From Balanoglossus misakiensis (lineage: Eukaryota > Animalia > Hemichordata), in the NCBI GenBank assembly GCA_040954595.2, contig CM082582.2, positions 5,130,303 to 5,194,302 of the forward strand: a stretch of 64,000 bases of DNA, written 5' to 3'. Position numbers and translations under genes: made by a program. The notes beneath the pieces are model-generated. The model was given only the letters and a program-made list of their open reading frames with translations, was not told the DNA's origin and searched no databases. Below, in pieces: positions 1 to 13,700 of the stretch. Position 1 is the stretch's first letter; every line of letters begins with the position of its first letter.

Positions 1-3000
1 AAAACCGCATTTCGAATCAGCACTCATCATGAAAAATATCCCAGTGGTATTTTTTAACAAAAGGTATACTGTTTAAACACACACTGAGAGAAATACTGAG
101 AAAAGGTTTAGCCTTCCGTGAGATTTCATTTCGTAATGATCAAGTGAAACACCGTCAACTCGTCAGAAGGAAACGCGATGAACTAAACTCACTGCAAAAT
201 CATGGATTACAGAGATTTTTTTTCGAATTGTAGGCCTGAAATGGGGAAATGTTTCTGATTCTTAACAGAGTTGAGAAGCTATAGGCCTGAGAGAACCAGA
301 GTTTCGCCCGAGTCAAGCGAATACAGATACCGAGTTATGTATGTGTGTGCGTGTGTGTCTCACTCATTGTGCAAATATTAGCGATTAGTAACATGATACA
401 TGTCGCTGCAACAGGTGGGAAAAATAGCTTGTTGAAAAAAAACTTCCAGGGCCTTCAAAAACGGCACATTGACCAAGGGAGATTCGATTAATAAATATGG
501 ATACGATTTTGTGGTCGCGGCACCATATTGAGCCAATCATATTTAGCGCGTATGAAAGGAAGTCTGTGGTGCCGCTGAATGCTGGGCGCGCTCGCCGGGG
601 CCAGACTGGCCGCGCTTTCCAATCATAACCTTCGCCACTTGTCGTGCATTGCTTCATTTCTGCGTCTTTTTTCCTGCATAAAATAACAACAAACAAAAAA
701 ATTGGTAATGCATTAAGTGCTTTTTTTTTCTGGCCAAGCGCTAAGTTAAACAATGCTATATTGAGAGGAGATTTTTTTTTGAGCGCAGAAGAGGAAAAAC
801 GTTCGGTGGCCGCTGAGTGGGCGTCGATAATGACTGGCGAAACAGCTGTAGTAATATAGATCTGTTACCCCCTGCTCCCCGGTTTCAGGCGCTGTTGCAA
901 AAATGTAATAAACTTTCGCCAAAGACGGGCTCGATTCGACCGAAAATGAACCGAGTTCGCCCAGAAAAGTTCCGCGAAAGTCCGTCCTGCGTAAGACCAG
1001 TAGCCATGTTTTTCCCCGCACAGCGCGCGTCATAGCATTCCATACAGTGCGCCATTGCAGGCCATTGTTCCACGCGCAGCGCCACTTTACTTTCCTCGAC
1101 ATACCGGCGAGAAACACGCGTTAAACTATTTTCGCGGCGTTTTGAATTGATTATTCCGAGCGTTATCGAAGGGCAAGCTTTAGATCTTGTGATACACGAA
1201 AGATACGGATATCGATCTAGCCGTGATCTGTTTGGGGAGGTCTGGTACTTTTGGCTTAAAAAAACGCCCGGCTATTTCAGCGTGTATACACCTCAATGCA
1301 TGGCGATTCAGCGGCGTTTCAATGGGGGGTTCTGAATATGGTTTCTTGATCAAGAACCTGCCTTCGGATTTTATGCGGTTTTAGAGCAACAGGTTACAGC
1401 TGGAAATCGGCAGCAAACGGTCGAAAAAAGGCGAATTTGAGGGTATTGCGGTTTTTTCAGCGCTGTTGTTGACAGCAGCTGCAGCCTGCAGTCAGGTTGG
1501 TTAAAAACGCCGAGAACTAAAACACTGTGTGGGAGTAGGTATACTATAGCACTGTGTGGCCAGTGGTACAGCTGGGAGAGGTCAGCGTTGGAGAGTCCCC
1601 CTAAAAACTTTTTAAAAAGTTCTAATTGGGAAAATTTTATGTGTGTACACCGTGTTGTGGGAAAGGGGACATGTGTCCATTGCGGGTTTCCGAAGCCTAG
1701 TACGTGCGCCCATCTGTATGAGTGGGCGTACAGCTTTTGTGCCGCAATTCTTGCGCTTTTTATGGCTCGGGCAGAACACTGAAAACTACACGGGCTATAT
1801 GCCGATGTGTACTGCCTTAATCTCCCTCATTTTTCGCTAATATTTCTGGCTGTGTAGAAATCACAAAGAGAGAGACACTGCGTTAATTTTTTTAAACGAG
1901 TCTGAAATTAAAGCGCCGAATCCTGACTGCGGGCCCCGTCGGTCGGCGGACCCGTGAGTTCCCAATGATCGAGTAATGTAAATCTACTAAACGATTCTGT
2001 TCGTTTTATTAAATAACACGCACTTTAACTTCTTCCCACTCATCTTGTTATTTGTCGATTATAATTCCTGATATTAATGATAATAAATGTAGAAGTTATA
2101 ATAATTGTTGGATTATGAGACAGCTAGTTAACCCTTTAAAGAGTAGTGACCCACGGTTCAAACCATCAGTAATTTATCAAGTTCTTTCTGTTAGTTTTTT
2201 TAAGAGTAAAAAGGCGATACACGTACCGTGATTTGGTGTAGCTGTTTCCGTGTAAAAAGGGGATGCGCCGTTGTATACGTGACAGTACCTGTTACCGATT
2301 TACCTCAGACACCTGTTGTTGTCGAATCAGCCTTGTGTGTAACACCTGCAAGGGTGACTAACTACATGAGCTAACTTTTCGTTATCGATGTGTGTTCCTA
2401 TTTGGACTCCGTTCAACTCTCTCACTCTCTCACCCTCTTCCCCTTTTTTCATCGCTGTAAATTTTATTATTTTGGGGGAAAACGTTTTCCTGTGCATTCT
2501 TTTGTTCCGAACCGGGAGCCTCAGACGGACCGGGTATATAATAGTATCAGCGGAGAAGTGGGCCAAAATATTTGCACGAGTCAACGCGCGTCCCTGTCGC
2601 CGTTTGCAAAGGGGGGCACGCGTCCGCGTCCAGACCACAGCCTATCCCCGTAGTTGATCGACAGAAGAAAAAAAAAGAGAATATTAATAAAACCTTGTCT
2701 TTGGGCAAGCTGTCAAGCGAATCATAAATGAAATAAAACGCAGATAGTAAATTCGATTGTGGTTAGTGAGTGGGCGGATGCCTCTCTTCTGGTTATCCAT
2801 TGTCTTGACGGCGCTTTTAACTTCACATATGGTTTCATTCAAATTCTATTTTGTTATGCATGATGAAGTTAGCATTGTCTGACCCGACACTGTTCCGATA
2901 AACTCCGTAATACCGGAATTTACACCATAATCTTTGAAAAGATAAAAAAATAGTCGGTAGTAAAATCTAAATCGCTGAATTATTATTTAAGACTAATTTA

Positions 3001-4339
3001 ACATCAGCGGTGTTAGCATTATAGCTTCGTCGCATGATTTCTATCGCAAGCGCATCACGCGCTAGTATTCATCATCAGTCGCCGGGGAACCCGCTGACGC
3101 GCTAAATTTGTCCCTTTCCCCGGTCTTAGATATTTTCATATCTGCACTAAAACTCTACGCTCTTCATTTCACGCCTGTTATTATTATTTTTTCCAGAAAT
3201 GGGTTTCATACAAAGAAATAACACCGCAAGAGTTCGTCAAGTTGCGTTGGAGTGTGGCCGGCAATGGACCGCATTAAACAGTTTTGTCTTCAAGATCACG
3301 CCGCTGCGTTTTCGTGATTGTTTCATGTTTTTCATGGTAACCGTATGTCAGATTACAATCACACCAGCGCGTGATGTACACGTAGACGAAGTCAGCTAGT
3401 ATGCGTGGCAACCGTGCCGTGACATTTATACACGGTCGCTCGAAATATCGGTCTTCTCACTGTCTTCCAGGCAGGCCTGTTTAATTTGAGGTGATTCCTA
3501 ACGCAGAGAAGCCGAACAAACTCGACTCGTGATCCGGGAGCTGGAAGCAAATGATACGTACAGCCCCTGTCCCGCACCACAGATATCCATCGTGGATTTA
3601 TCTTCAAGTATTAAACTGCGTTATTTGATTAGTTTTTCTTAGCCACAATGATATTTGAATTCCACCCTGGTTGTAGGGACACTCGACACGTGCACTATTC
3701 AATAATCGAAATATAAATGTGGCCCATTAAGATACTCCATAACCATTATTATTTTAACACGGTGATCTTGCCGTGGCTGTCTCTCCCCTCATTGGGTATA
3801 AATGATAGCACCGTGCGTGTGCCGTTCATTTATTGCTCCTCGGCCTCTCCACAATACGGACGCACTTCTCGACATTTGTGCGGGTACTGTACTGATGATC
3901 CGGCTTTTATGATCCTAGCCTAGAAATATCACGCCGCATAAAGTGTCGTGAGTGTCGGATCTTCCTCGAAGCTACCTTTATTTTCTCATACTCCTAAACA
4001 GTTCTGAGTAATACTAATAATATAAGAACGGTGATACACCACCACGATGTTTACGTACGTAGCCAGTCCCGCGTTGTTTATTATTTTTCAATTGTTTTCG
4101 AGGATATGTTTTCTGATGCTCATAATTCGGTTTCAACATTTTTTTAATAAAAGAAGGCCGTAGATCCAGCCCCCAAACAGAATAATACTGCTTATTTTTT
4201 CGCTTTTGGGGCGAATAACAGAGTTTTTTCATAAGTAAAATCGCAACCCGATGAACATACACCCTGTGGTTTCTTAGGTGATTGTATTCCACGTGGAAAT
4301 TATAATAACAAAGCAGTCACGAGCCTTTTATGGTGGTGA

Positions 4340-4540
4340 CTACTTCCGAGAATTGCCGAACACTCACTTGTTTACATTTTCGCAAATCTTCGGAAACCAA
4401 TCACAGCGGCTGACGTCGATTCCGAACAATACGAGTGGGAGACTTCCTAATTAGGAAAGTATCGTAATAACTCGTGCTTGTTTATTCATGCAGCATAACC
4501 AATCACACCAGCCAATGTGATTTAAGGGGCGGGGCCTGAG
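4340..4540 (+). promoter_or_regulatory. CBFB proximal promoter (CCAAT/GC-box type)
   Basis: CCAAT at 4397, 4499, 4512; GC box GGGGCGGGGC 4526-4535; CRE-like TGACGTC 4411; ETS-like ACTTCCG ~4342; perfect palindrome TTCCTAATTAGGAA 4444-4457; 130-320 bp upstream of the ATG. Confidence 0.7.
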
Positions 4541-4664
4541 AATTACATGAACTCGCGTTTGGCATGAATGGACACACTGACCGCACGGCGATGTCACTCT
4601 AGTAGTTCCCACACAGCGCTCACCTAGTAGTTTTTTTAAAATTGCGTATTGTGGAGTACACACC

Positions 4665-4742
4665 ATGCCGAGGGTAGTGCCCAACCAGAAGGAGAAATTC
4701 GAGAGCGACGAGCTCTTCAGGAAACTGAGTCGCGAATGCGAG
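4665..4742 (+). CDS. CBFB: CBFB coding exon 1
   Basis: caccATG; MPRVVPNQKEKFESDELFRKLSRECE; donor GAG|gtaagt. Confidence 0.97.
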
Positions 4743-7700
4743 GTAAGTGCGCGGCGGTGTGTGTGGAGTAAACCCGTTCCTGCTATCGCGGCTCGCTCGG
4801 GGATTTCTGCTGCGAAACCCGGAAGTGGGGGTTCGATCGCTCCGTGGAGTTGTGTACTTCTGCTGCAGCAACGTTTATTACGGTATACACGGTGTCAGAG
4901 ACGACGATCGCACCGCCTCAGAATGTGCTGACAACTCACATCTCTGCTCTCGCTCGCAGGTCAAGTATACAGCTTTCAGGGACAGGTCACTTGAAGAAAG
5001 GCAAGTTCGGTTTCAGACGGCGTGCAGAGAAGGGCATTCGGAGTTGGTAAGTAGCGCCTTCTTCTGATTCCTTCCGTCAGCCTCACCCCGTAGAGTGACA
5101 CATAACTCGTGTGAATCACCCCGTCAACTCAGTGATTATTCGCGCCACCTCATCGAAATACCGTTATGTCAACAAATTACCCGCTATTAGTTCTAATTCG
5201 CAACTCTGTGTTTTTTTTATTTTGCCTCCCATCCCAGGCCTTCACTGCAACGGGTACAAATTTACATTTACAGTTCGCGTCCAACGCATGGAGTGACAAC
5301 AAAGCAGACAAAATCCCGACCAAAGAATTTGTAGATTTTGATAAGGAGGTGGGGAAGGTAAGCTATATGGACAGAAACTGGACAAGGGTTGGCCTTGGTT
5401 GAATTTATTTTCTACATAGTTATCAGCTTCAGTCCCGTGCCTCTGGGCGAGGAAAACTTAGTGTTTCAGGTATGGACGTTTGTTAGTGTAGGCGTTATGA
5501 GAGAGAGGGAGAGGGGGAGGGGGGGGAGAGAGGGGAGAAGCCTTCATCTTGCGCTTACAGTTACACGCGAGAACTTTCTCATATGGTCGATGCCAGGGCC
5601 TATGTGGGTTGTTGTGTGTGTGGCAATTCTCCATGTATGTTTTATGAGTGTACCACAATGGCCGGGTGCCTACAGGTGTTGTTTGATGTGAAGCGAACAG
5701 AGTAAAGATTGTAAACACGCCAAAAAACGTGCGCGGTTCTGAGTGATCTTCCTGTGCGGACTGTGGGTCAGCGACCTCCACCAAGACCACATGAATTGTT
5801 GTGCCATTATTCACCACGTACGGAGCTTGGCTTGGGCTCTGCAGCACACTTGTGTTCCGCTGACCCAACCTTCCGTGCTCATCACCGACGCGACACGTTG
5901 CCAATTCCTTCGCCCGCGTCGCTTTCTCCACAGTCACCATGACGATTTAGAATCGCTCGCTTCCCTCCTCCTCCTCCAGATCGATTTTAACGATTTCCCC
6001 TATCGATACAATTGACCGCGCCGATCAATATCTCACCGGTTTTGGTGCCACACGGCGAATCTATCTCTCCCCCCACTGCTTTAGTCAACTGCTTGGCATT
6101 TCGCGATCTTCAGCAAATCGATATATTCAATATCTTTCCCCCATAAGCTTACAGGTGAAAGAAGAACCGGAGACGGACGTCCGGTCCCCTGTGCTTCAAA
6201 ACGCCAACTGCCCGTCCAACCTTGGGCTCGTCATGTCGCTGTATATTGTGCCGAGCGCAGCAACCATTGTTTCCAGAAATACGGGTTTCCTTGTGAACCA
6301 GCTTATTGATTCATAATTCCGCGCTTACTTCATCACTTTTTATAGCGCAGGCCGCGGCAACGTCGCGAAGTCCTCCGTCGGTCAATGCGAAAACAATCAT
6401 GGCGTTTCAGAAATTGATTCAATGGTGGCACGCAGCCAACATCGACCCGGCCCCATTTCCAGCTTCCTCTGACTCTGTCTCTCTCTGACAAGCCCAGTAT
6501 TCTGCGACATTTTTATCGCGTGAAACCTCTAATATGAATTCTGTAACATTGGTTTGTCATCAGAAACTTAGTTAAGAAATACTAGGTTTGTTTGTCATCG
6601 AGGGAAAAAGGCAGTCACCACGCGGCACCCAAAGGAATCCCGCACGCGAAACGAGACGAGGCCGGATACACGAAACGGTCACGCAAAACCCCGCGCAATG
6701 TAGGTTTGTTTCCAAGAAATATCACGACATGACAGCGAACGAAAACAGAAAGCGCATACTGTGCAATTATTGCAGTGGGCCGTACTTTGTTTTAATCACC
6801 CTTGTAACTGGTAACTCACTTTTTATACGACGATTGTCAGATGTAAAAATGGTAGTCGAAGCTCTTACTCGGGAGGTGAGCTAAACGACGAGCGAGACCT
6901 TGGTGCTATCGGAGTTCGATATCTCCATGTTCGCCAAATCCAGCAACGTCAGAATTTCTGGATGTCGTCCAAAAAAAAGTAGCACGCCGCCTCTCACGTC
7001 ACGTTTAGCTGCTCGACTCGCGAAGTTTATCGTTCACAGCGATTCGAATCTCAAATCGACAGAGACCGTAACAGATGGGGAAAAGGGCGGAAAACCAGGG
7101 GCTTTGATTGCGCCTAATGTTCTGCCGGACACGCAAAAATCGCAGTTGACAACGCTTATTATGCGGATCGCATTAAAACGCAGCATATCGTTGTTTTTAG
7201 TTGTTGAAATTATTATTAGTTTTGCGTAAAACTATCAGGAAAATGTTTTTAAGAGAACGGACACATGACGTAGGTTACAACTTTGCGGGCTTTTCCGAGA
7301 CGCATGCATCGGGCAACCTTGTTTCATACGTACATGCCGACTGCCGACTGTAGATATGAAGCTTATTAATAATGCAGAAATCATTTTATGAAGTTTTCAT
7401 CAAATGCTGATTAGAAAATTGTTAAACAATCGATTTGTCCTTAAAGCCCGATTAAACTTTCAGGTCTCTTTGTGAACAAGCATGTCCCGAAACTGGGGCG
7501 ATACTAACGTTCTCTTTCAAGAATGCAAGGCGATTGGAAAGGATGTTGTGAGAAAGTGATGAAGATAGTCATCGGTTTTCAAGAACCGTTTAAACATTTC
7601 TGTACAAGTCGCTCTTTTTTATTTGTGAAAAACGACATTCCCATAAATTGTACATTGAGGTCGCTTTCTTATAATAATTGTGAAGATAACTGAATTTGCG

Positions 7701-10700
7701 GCCGTTTTTTTACAAAATCTTGCACATCGTAAGATGGACCAATTGAGAATGTCGGACTTTATATAGATAGGATACAAGTCACGGTCTGCCCACCTGAGAT
7801 CAACATTTCGTCGTGCGTTTTTTTTCTCGATTTTCTGTTGAAAATTTTGAAAATCATTTCATCAAATGAAATCGGTAAAGAGGCTAAAATCAATCAAGTT
7901 GTGGAGATGCATAAGTGATGTCGGTTCGCGCGTTTCCTAGGTCGGACCTTCGGTCACATCCAAATCGCAAGTCACCAACTGCAAAAAAAAGAATGAGACA
8001 ATAGTAGAAATCTAGTTCTCATGGCGGCTTTTCTTTAGTATTTTTGTAACTTTCCCGGTGACATGTTTGTAGCTTTGTACGGCAAAGAGTTCGGTGTCCA
8101 CGCATCCATTAAGAGCAGCTGTATAACGCGACATGTCCGTGCAGCCTAAAAAAATTCTACGCGTGGTGGCAGAGAAGTGCCGATAGATGCGACATTACAC
8201 GGCTTCTTCGTCGTAAAATGTCAACTTGCTAAACTAGATTGTCAACATTTTGTATTTACTTCTCTTTCTAATTTTGATGAGATAAATCAAAAAGCGGCGA
8301 GTTCAAGACAGATCAGAACAGTTTTTGTCGGCGTAGGCTAGATAAGCAAAATGGGGGACATTTTCCGGGAGTGTCGAACTCATAACCAACTCATCGATCG
8401 AACCACTAGAATGGTTAAGTTACCGACATAAACGACTTAATTTTACGATGACTGTGGGTCGGTAGTTTTACCAACAATTTGAGAATTTCGCATAAAGTTA
8501 AAAGATGATATAAAGTTGATAGAAAAATGATCGATCTGGGGTGTCCTTTTAAAACGACAGCAAAAACGTGAAGACCAGCGTAATTACTGAGCTGCCGGTG
8601 GTTGTCACTAACCGACGAAGGAAATCTGTGTAGTGTGCGTTTCGCAAAATGGCATGTGAAAATGGAACTGAACAAATGTGCAAAAGAAAAAATAAATAAA
8701 TACCAATTGAAGAGGGAGAAATCTTGTTCTTGAAGGTGTGTGTGTTGAGAAATTTAGCTTGTAAAAGCGCCGCAGTTCACTAAAAATGCAGGAGTCCGTT
8801 GTTTTCCATGGCATCGACTCGACAACAGATATTCACGGGCACTGCGGCTGCTGCCATGCCCTTTCGCGTTGGAATTGTCGCGCTAAGAAAAGCAAACACG
8901 ACCGACCAAGTTTAGAATTTGGCATCGTCAAGTCGGCACATACCACAAAGCATCGAAAAAATGACGCTTAATCAAAGAAAACCAACATATTTTCATCTGG
9001 TGATCTTTTGTCGGGCTTGAGAAGGCTTCGTGGCCTCGGGTGCGCCTAGCCTTGTGTAGGTGAGACCACGCGAATCGTGCCGGGAAGACAAGCGGCGGTC
9101 TGAAACACCACAAACGAAATCATTTAATACGTTGTACCGTTTCCAAGAAAACGGTTGTTCAAGGCAGTGTCACCCCACTCAGAAGGTAAAAAAAAATCGT
9201 ACAGAAACGCACGGATTTTCCCCCCACCAAGATGTTAGCGGAACTGAGACTATCGAGAGATGTAATCTCTCTCTTCTCGAACCCGCAGGACTGTCGCGGT
9301 GGCGCTGATAATCTTTATTCCGATACACGTGTTTTAAACGTAATAAAATGTACGTAGGGTGCGTGGAAATCTGGATACTTGATAGATAAAATTAAATCGC
9401 CGAACCAGTCTTTCTCGGATCAATTCATTGCTTAGATAAATCACAGCACAGTGTAAGGTATTTGAACCAATATGGCAAAGGTAACGTCAGCATTCGCGAA
9501 TTTCAATAACTGCTCGGCATGGCTTTCGAAGGGTGGTATCGGGAGGTATCGTGAAGGCGTAAAAGGGACAAAAAACATTATTGAAAAGTAATATTCTGCC
9601 GTTTGAACAAAATGACAAGAGCATTTTTTGAAAATAGGATGTTGTATCACCGGTGCCTCTGTTGGTCGGCGCCTACGCCCGTTTAAAAACCAACCTTTAG
9701 AAATCCGCCGGCGAACTTTCATAAGCTCTATGGCAACAGATATGATACTGACACTATCGTCTTATTGTCTAGTTAACCAAATCTTCATTTACCTTACTCT
9801 GTAAAATATCGTAGAAACGTGATAATTGTGTCGATAAAAATGTGTGTATGAACTGATCCTGTTCGCTGCGTTTAAATGTATCGGCTGAACGTGAGAAGAC
9901 AGAAACCTCTATATGTGGTCGGAAATCAACGGGTTCTGACTTTCCTCCGATCCAAAAAAAAATGCTGAAAAACGACAATTCGAGGTAAAAATGCCGCGAA
10001 TTGAACTATTTTGGTCTCAAATCTTCAGCCTTTTCCAAATTTAATCAGCACTGAAGATTAATCCACAGAAAACGATCTGCTTCCAGGATGTTTGCTGACG
10101 ATATTAACTACTGCAGTTCTCTGCCATGGATATATTATCTAGAGACACAGCCATGAATAACCTGTACAGGTCCAAAAGCGCACCTCATAACGTTTGCCAA
10201 AGAAAAACTCAATGCAACGTTGGCACACTTTAAAAAACATATGGGCTCCCCCTTTTCACAGGAAGGTTCATTTATCACCTTATTAAAAAGACAGATTTCA
10301 CTTTAAGCTAGTATAATACAGGTACTATTAAAAAATCATCAAATTTACAAAATATGAACTTTATTGTTCCAAGGTTCAAACGTACTGGCATCGTTTTGGC
10401 TTTTAAAACGTTTATGGTTTACAGAAAAAAAATATAAAATCGAGGGCTTATTTATTTATGTACAGGTCTTCAAAAGTGAGTCTGATGTACACCAGTAATT
10501 ATGTGTGATCTGTGGTAATTCACAAGACTGTTTTGTTCAGATATATGACTATTTACAATGCAATGTCACACTGTGTCAACTATGCTGCATTCATGGACGG
10601 CCACACCAAAACTCACATACTTATCCCGTGACTTGTCGTCCGAGGTCTGACAAAGTGGGCAATGGCTTTGACTGTTTCCATCCTTCTGAGTGGTCACCTG

Positions 10701-13700
10701 AGTCAAGTTTCCGGTGGAATTGCGTGTGGGGGTGTCGTGGTGAATCTTTGTGGACGTGTGTGTTTGTACGAATGTGTACATGGACGTGTTTGTGTGTTTA
10801 AACTGTATGTTGAAACACACAGAGTGACTATCAAAAATGGCAGTATGGTACACGCAATCCAGTTTTCGACAGTGCAACAGAAAATGTCCTTCTGGTTGGA
10901 AGTAAATTGATTTCAGAAAACCAAAATGTCCTAATTTTGAGCAGTTTCTGTGAAGAACTTGCATGTTTGAGAGCATGATGTGTAAATATCGCCACACACA
11001 AATCATGTTGTCATGTTTCTATCAAGTCTAGTTTTTCAATCATTGATCCAATATCTACATACATGATAGATCTGCAATTGACAGAATTCTGTGAAAATCA
11101 GATTTTTTTTCATTAATTCATGCACAGAAAGAGTAAAAATAAAACAAATTTGAAATTTAGCCAATTGGTAGAAGGTATTAGACAATATCCTGATGATTTA
11201 ACGGATATGCACATTTTGTAGCAAAAATTTGTTTCAATGAAGTCACCTTCTGTGCTGCCATATTTGATGGAAATTATAATAAATTTCATTTTTCACAAAG
11301 TCGAATCAGGTTTTCTAGTATTGTGAAGTGTTGTGTGGTCAGTTTTCCTTCTAAATGTGTGTATATTCATAGTAGAAGAAAGAGGCACGTCTTGTTAAAT
11401 TATTAGGAATGGAAATTTTGTGTACGACAAGATTTCTGAATTTTCAAAACTTGCATATTAATTCTGAATGTACATTCTGCAAAGACAGTGCAGCATAGCT
11501 GTATGATACCTGAAGCATTGAACCAAAGGACTTTTGGAATGGTCAGACATCAGTTTTGATTTCAGTTTCAGAACAACTCAAATAATCTGAAAGAATGTAC
11601 ATTAATTTTGATTGTTTCTTTTTTTTTAACGACAATAGGTTCATTTAAGGTCGCAGTTCATCCTCAATGGAGTGTGTGTTGTGTTCCGAGGTTGGGTGGA
11701 TCTCGACAGATTGGACGGAGTCGCGTGTTTGGAGTTTGACTCCGAAAGAGCACAGGTAAAGAATCCATTTACTTCTGTTTCGTTCATAATTCAAGAAAAG
11801 GTGTGCTTTGTTAGTTTTTTCTCTCATTTCAAATTTCACTTCATGTCAACTTAAAATGGTTGCCGGAGTCAACATGGGTCTCTCCCAGTGGCCGATATGA
11901 AATTCTGGTTCGACGAAATGTTGTTTGTAACACTGTGTTGTCATGACATGTGACTAATTGACAAATTCAGATCAGAAATTGATCGATTTCAAACTTGTGT
12001 ACAAAAACATCACCCTGTTATCATTTAGTGAGGATCGTGACACAAGGGGCAGACAGAGACAAATCTCTCCGCGTATGTGAAGGAATTCAGAAAGTCCAAG
12101 GACGCTGCGCCTTCTTTGTCCAGGGTTATACACGTTTAACACAAGCCCCCTTTCTCTCACTTGTGCTGGAGTTATTCTGCTTTCAATCAATCACACATAG
12201 CTGAAATCGCACTCAAATCAAATTTCCAACCCAATGAAATGAATATAAATTAAGAAGTATTAGAAGTGTAAATCTGCACTGATTTGCCTGGTAGTTGTAA
12301 TAAATCTGTGAAATTGTGTTTGAAATTTATGTCAAATGTCATGCTTCATAAATTTACAATTGAACAGTGTTTCTAACAATCAACATTTGTAAAATAAGTG
12401 TTTATTATCTGCAATCAAAGTGATTATAGTCAGTGATTACAAATTAGCTGTAAAATCCAAATTTGTTTTAGTGAGACAAAGGCCCGGGATAGTTTGAAAA
12501 CTACAAATGACTTTGTAGAAATGCTAATCACAGAATATTTATCATCATTTTGTACACCAGTAAAGGTGTTGTTTTCTTTCATTGATAATTATAAAACTCA
12601 GTTTTGGCTAAAAGTGGTGTAAAACCTGTTGATTAAGTGAGATTGAACCGATAGGTGTGATGAGAATGGCGAAATATTGAAAGATATATTTGAGATTGAC
12701 ATTTTGTCGAAGCTCCAGTTCTAGAGACATGATCATGGTGCATGGATGGTGACGAATTTTGTGTCATTGTGAACTGTTTTTTTTAACTGACAAGCATGGC
12801 CAAATTTCAAACACAGATGTGATTTCTGCTTGGATGAATTATCTCTTGTTTTTATGATCGACAAAGCAGTGGATGAGGGTGCAGTAACAGATGTTAACAA
12901 AATGACTAACATAGATATTATTAAGAGGTAGAATAGGTCAACAGTACAGTACAGTGAAATACGAACTGAAAAAATAATAATTTTTAGGACATTTTGTCAT
13001 ATTTGTCAATAAAAAAAAAAAAAAAAGCATTTTCATAGAATTTTGGTTTAAATTAAACTGAAATTAAACTGTTAAATTTGCTACATCAGTACCATCACTT
13101 TTTTATTATCAATTTGAAAATGAACAGTCCATCAACTCATTTGAATTTTGTTGAATTTTGACTGTTTTACCGTAATACACTCATATTCGTATATCAGTCA
13201 GAAAAATGTCTGAAGGCTTCCAAGAAAAATCATGTTACGACACCACAAACTGTGAATATTTGAAGGCCATTTGCACTTTAGTGGGTGAAAATCATTCAGG
13301 ATTCATTTCTTGGAAAAGAATGTAAACAGAATGGTTGCCTTCAGCAGTACTTGGAAATAGAAAGTCTAGGTCGCTTGTTCCTTTTCACATAAATGTGTCA
13401 GGGGGAAAAAAGTTGACAATTGAAAGAAATGAATGATAACCTTGACTCTGAGATCGAATTGGGACGTGTACTTTGCTAGCTGGCAATTTATTTGATTGAC
13501 TTTGACCTGAAAACCAGTCGGTGGTGACTGAAATCAAGTCACTATGTCAGCCATGTTGGATTTTTTTTTCCTATCAGACAAAAACAGAAATGTGATTTGT
13601 CTGTGCATGTAAACGCAACACCCGCTGTTTTGTGAAATTTGACTTCAATGCAGGAACGCAACACTGTATTAGACATCATTGTCTTTTATCAATCTGTTTG

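Noticed and set aside
385-4292. Many 60-120 aa ORFs upstream of CBFB
   Set aside because: Overlapping on both strands, mostly non-ATG starts, no recognisable domains or consistent splice structure; expected in GC-rich non-coding DNA
5458-5940. 160 aa minus-strand ORF
   Set aside because: Antisense within CBFB intron 3, partly built from a GA/G-rich low-complexity tract; no homology recognised
10566-11006. 146 aa minus-strand ORF
   Set aside because: Intronic, includes TG-repeat-like sequence, no family resemblance
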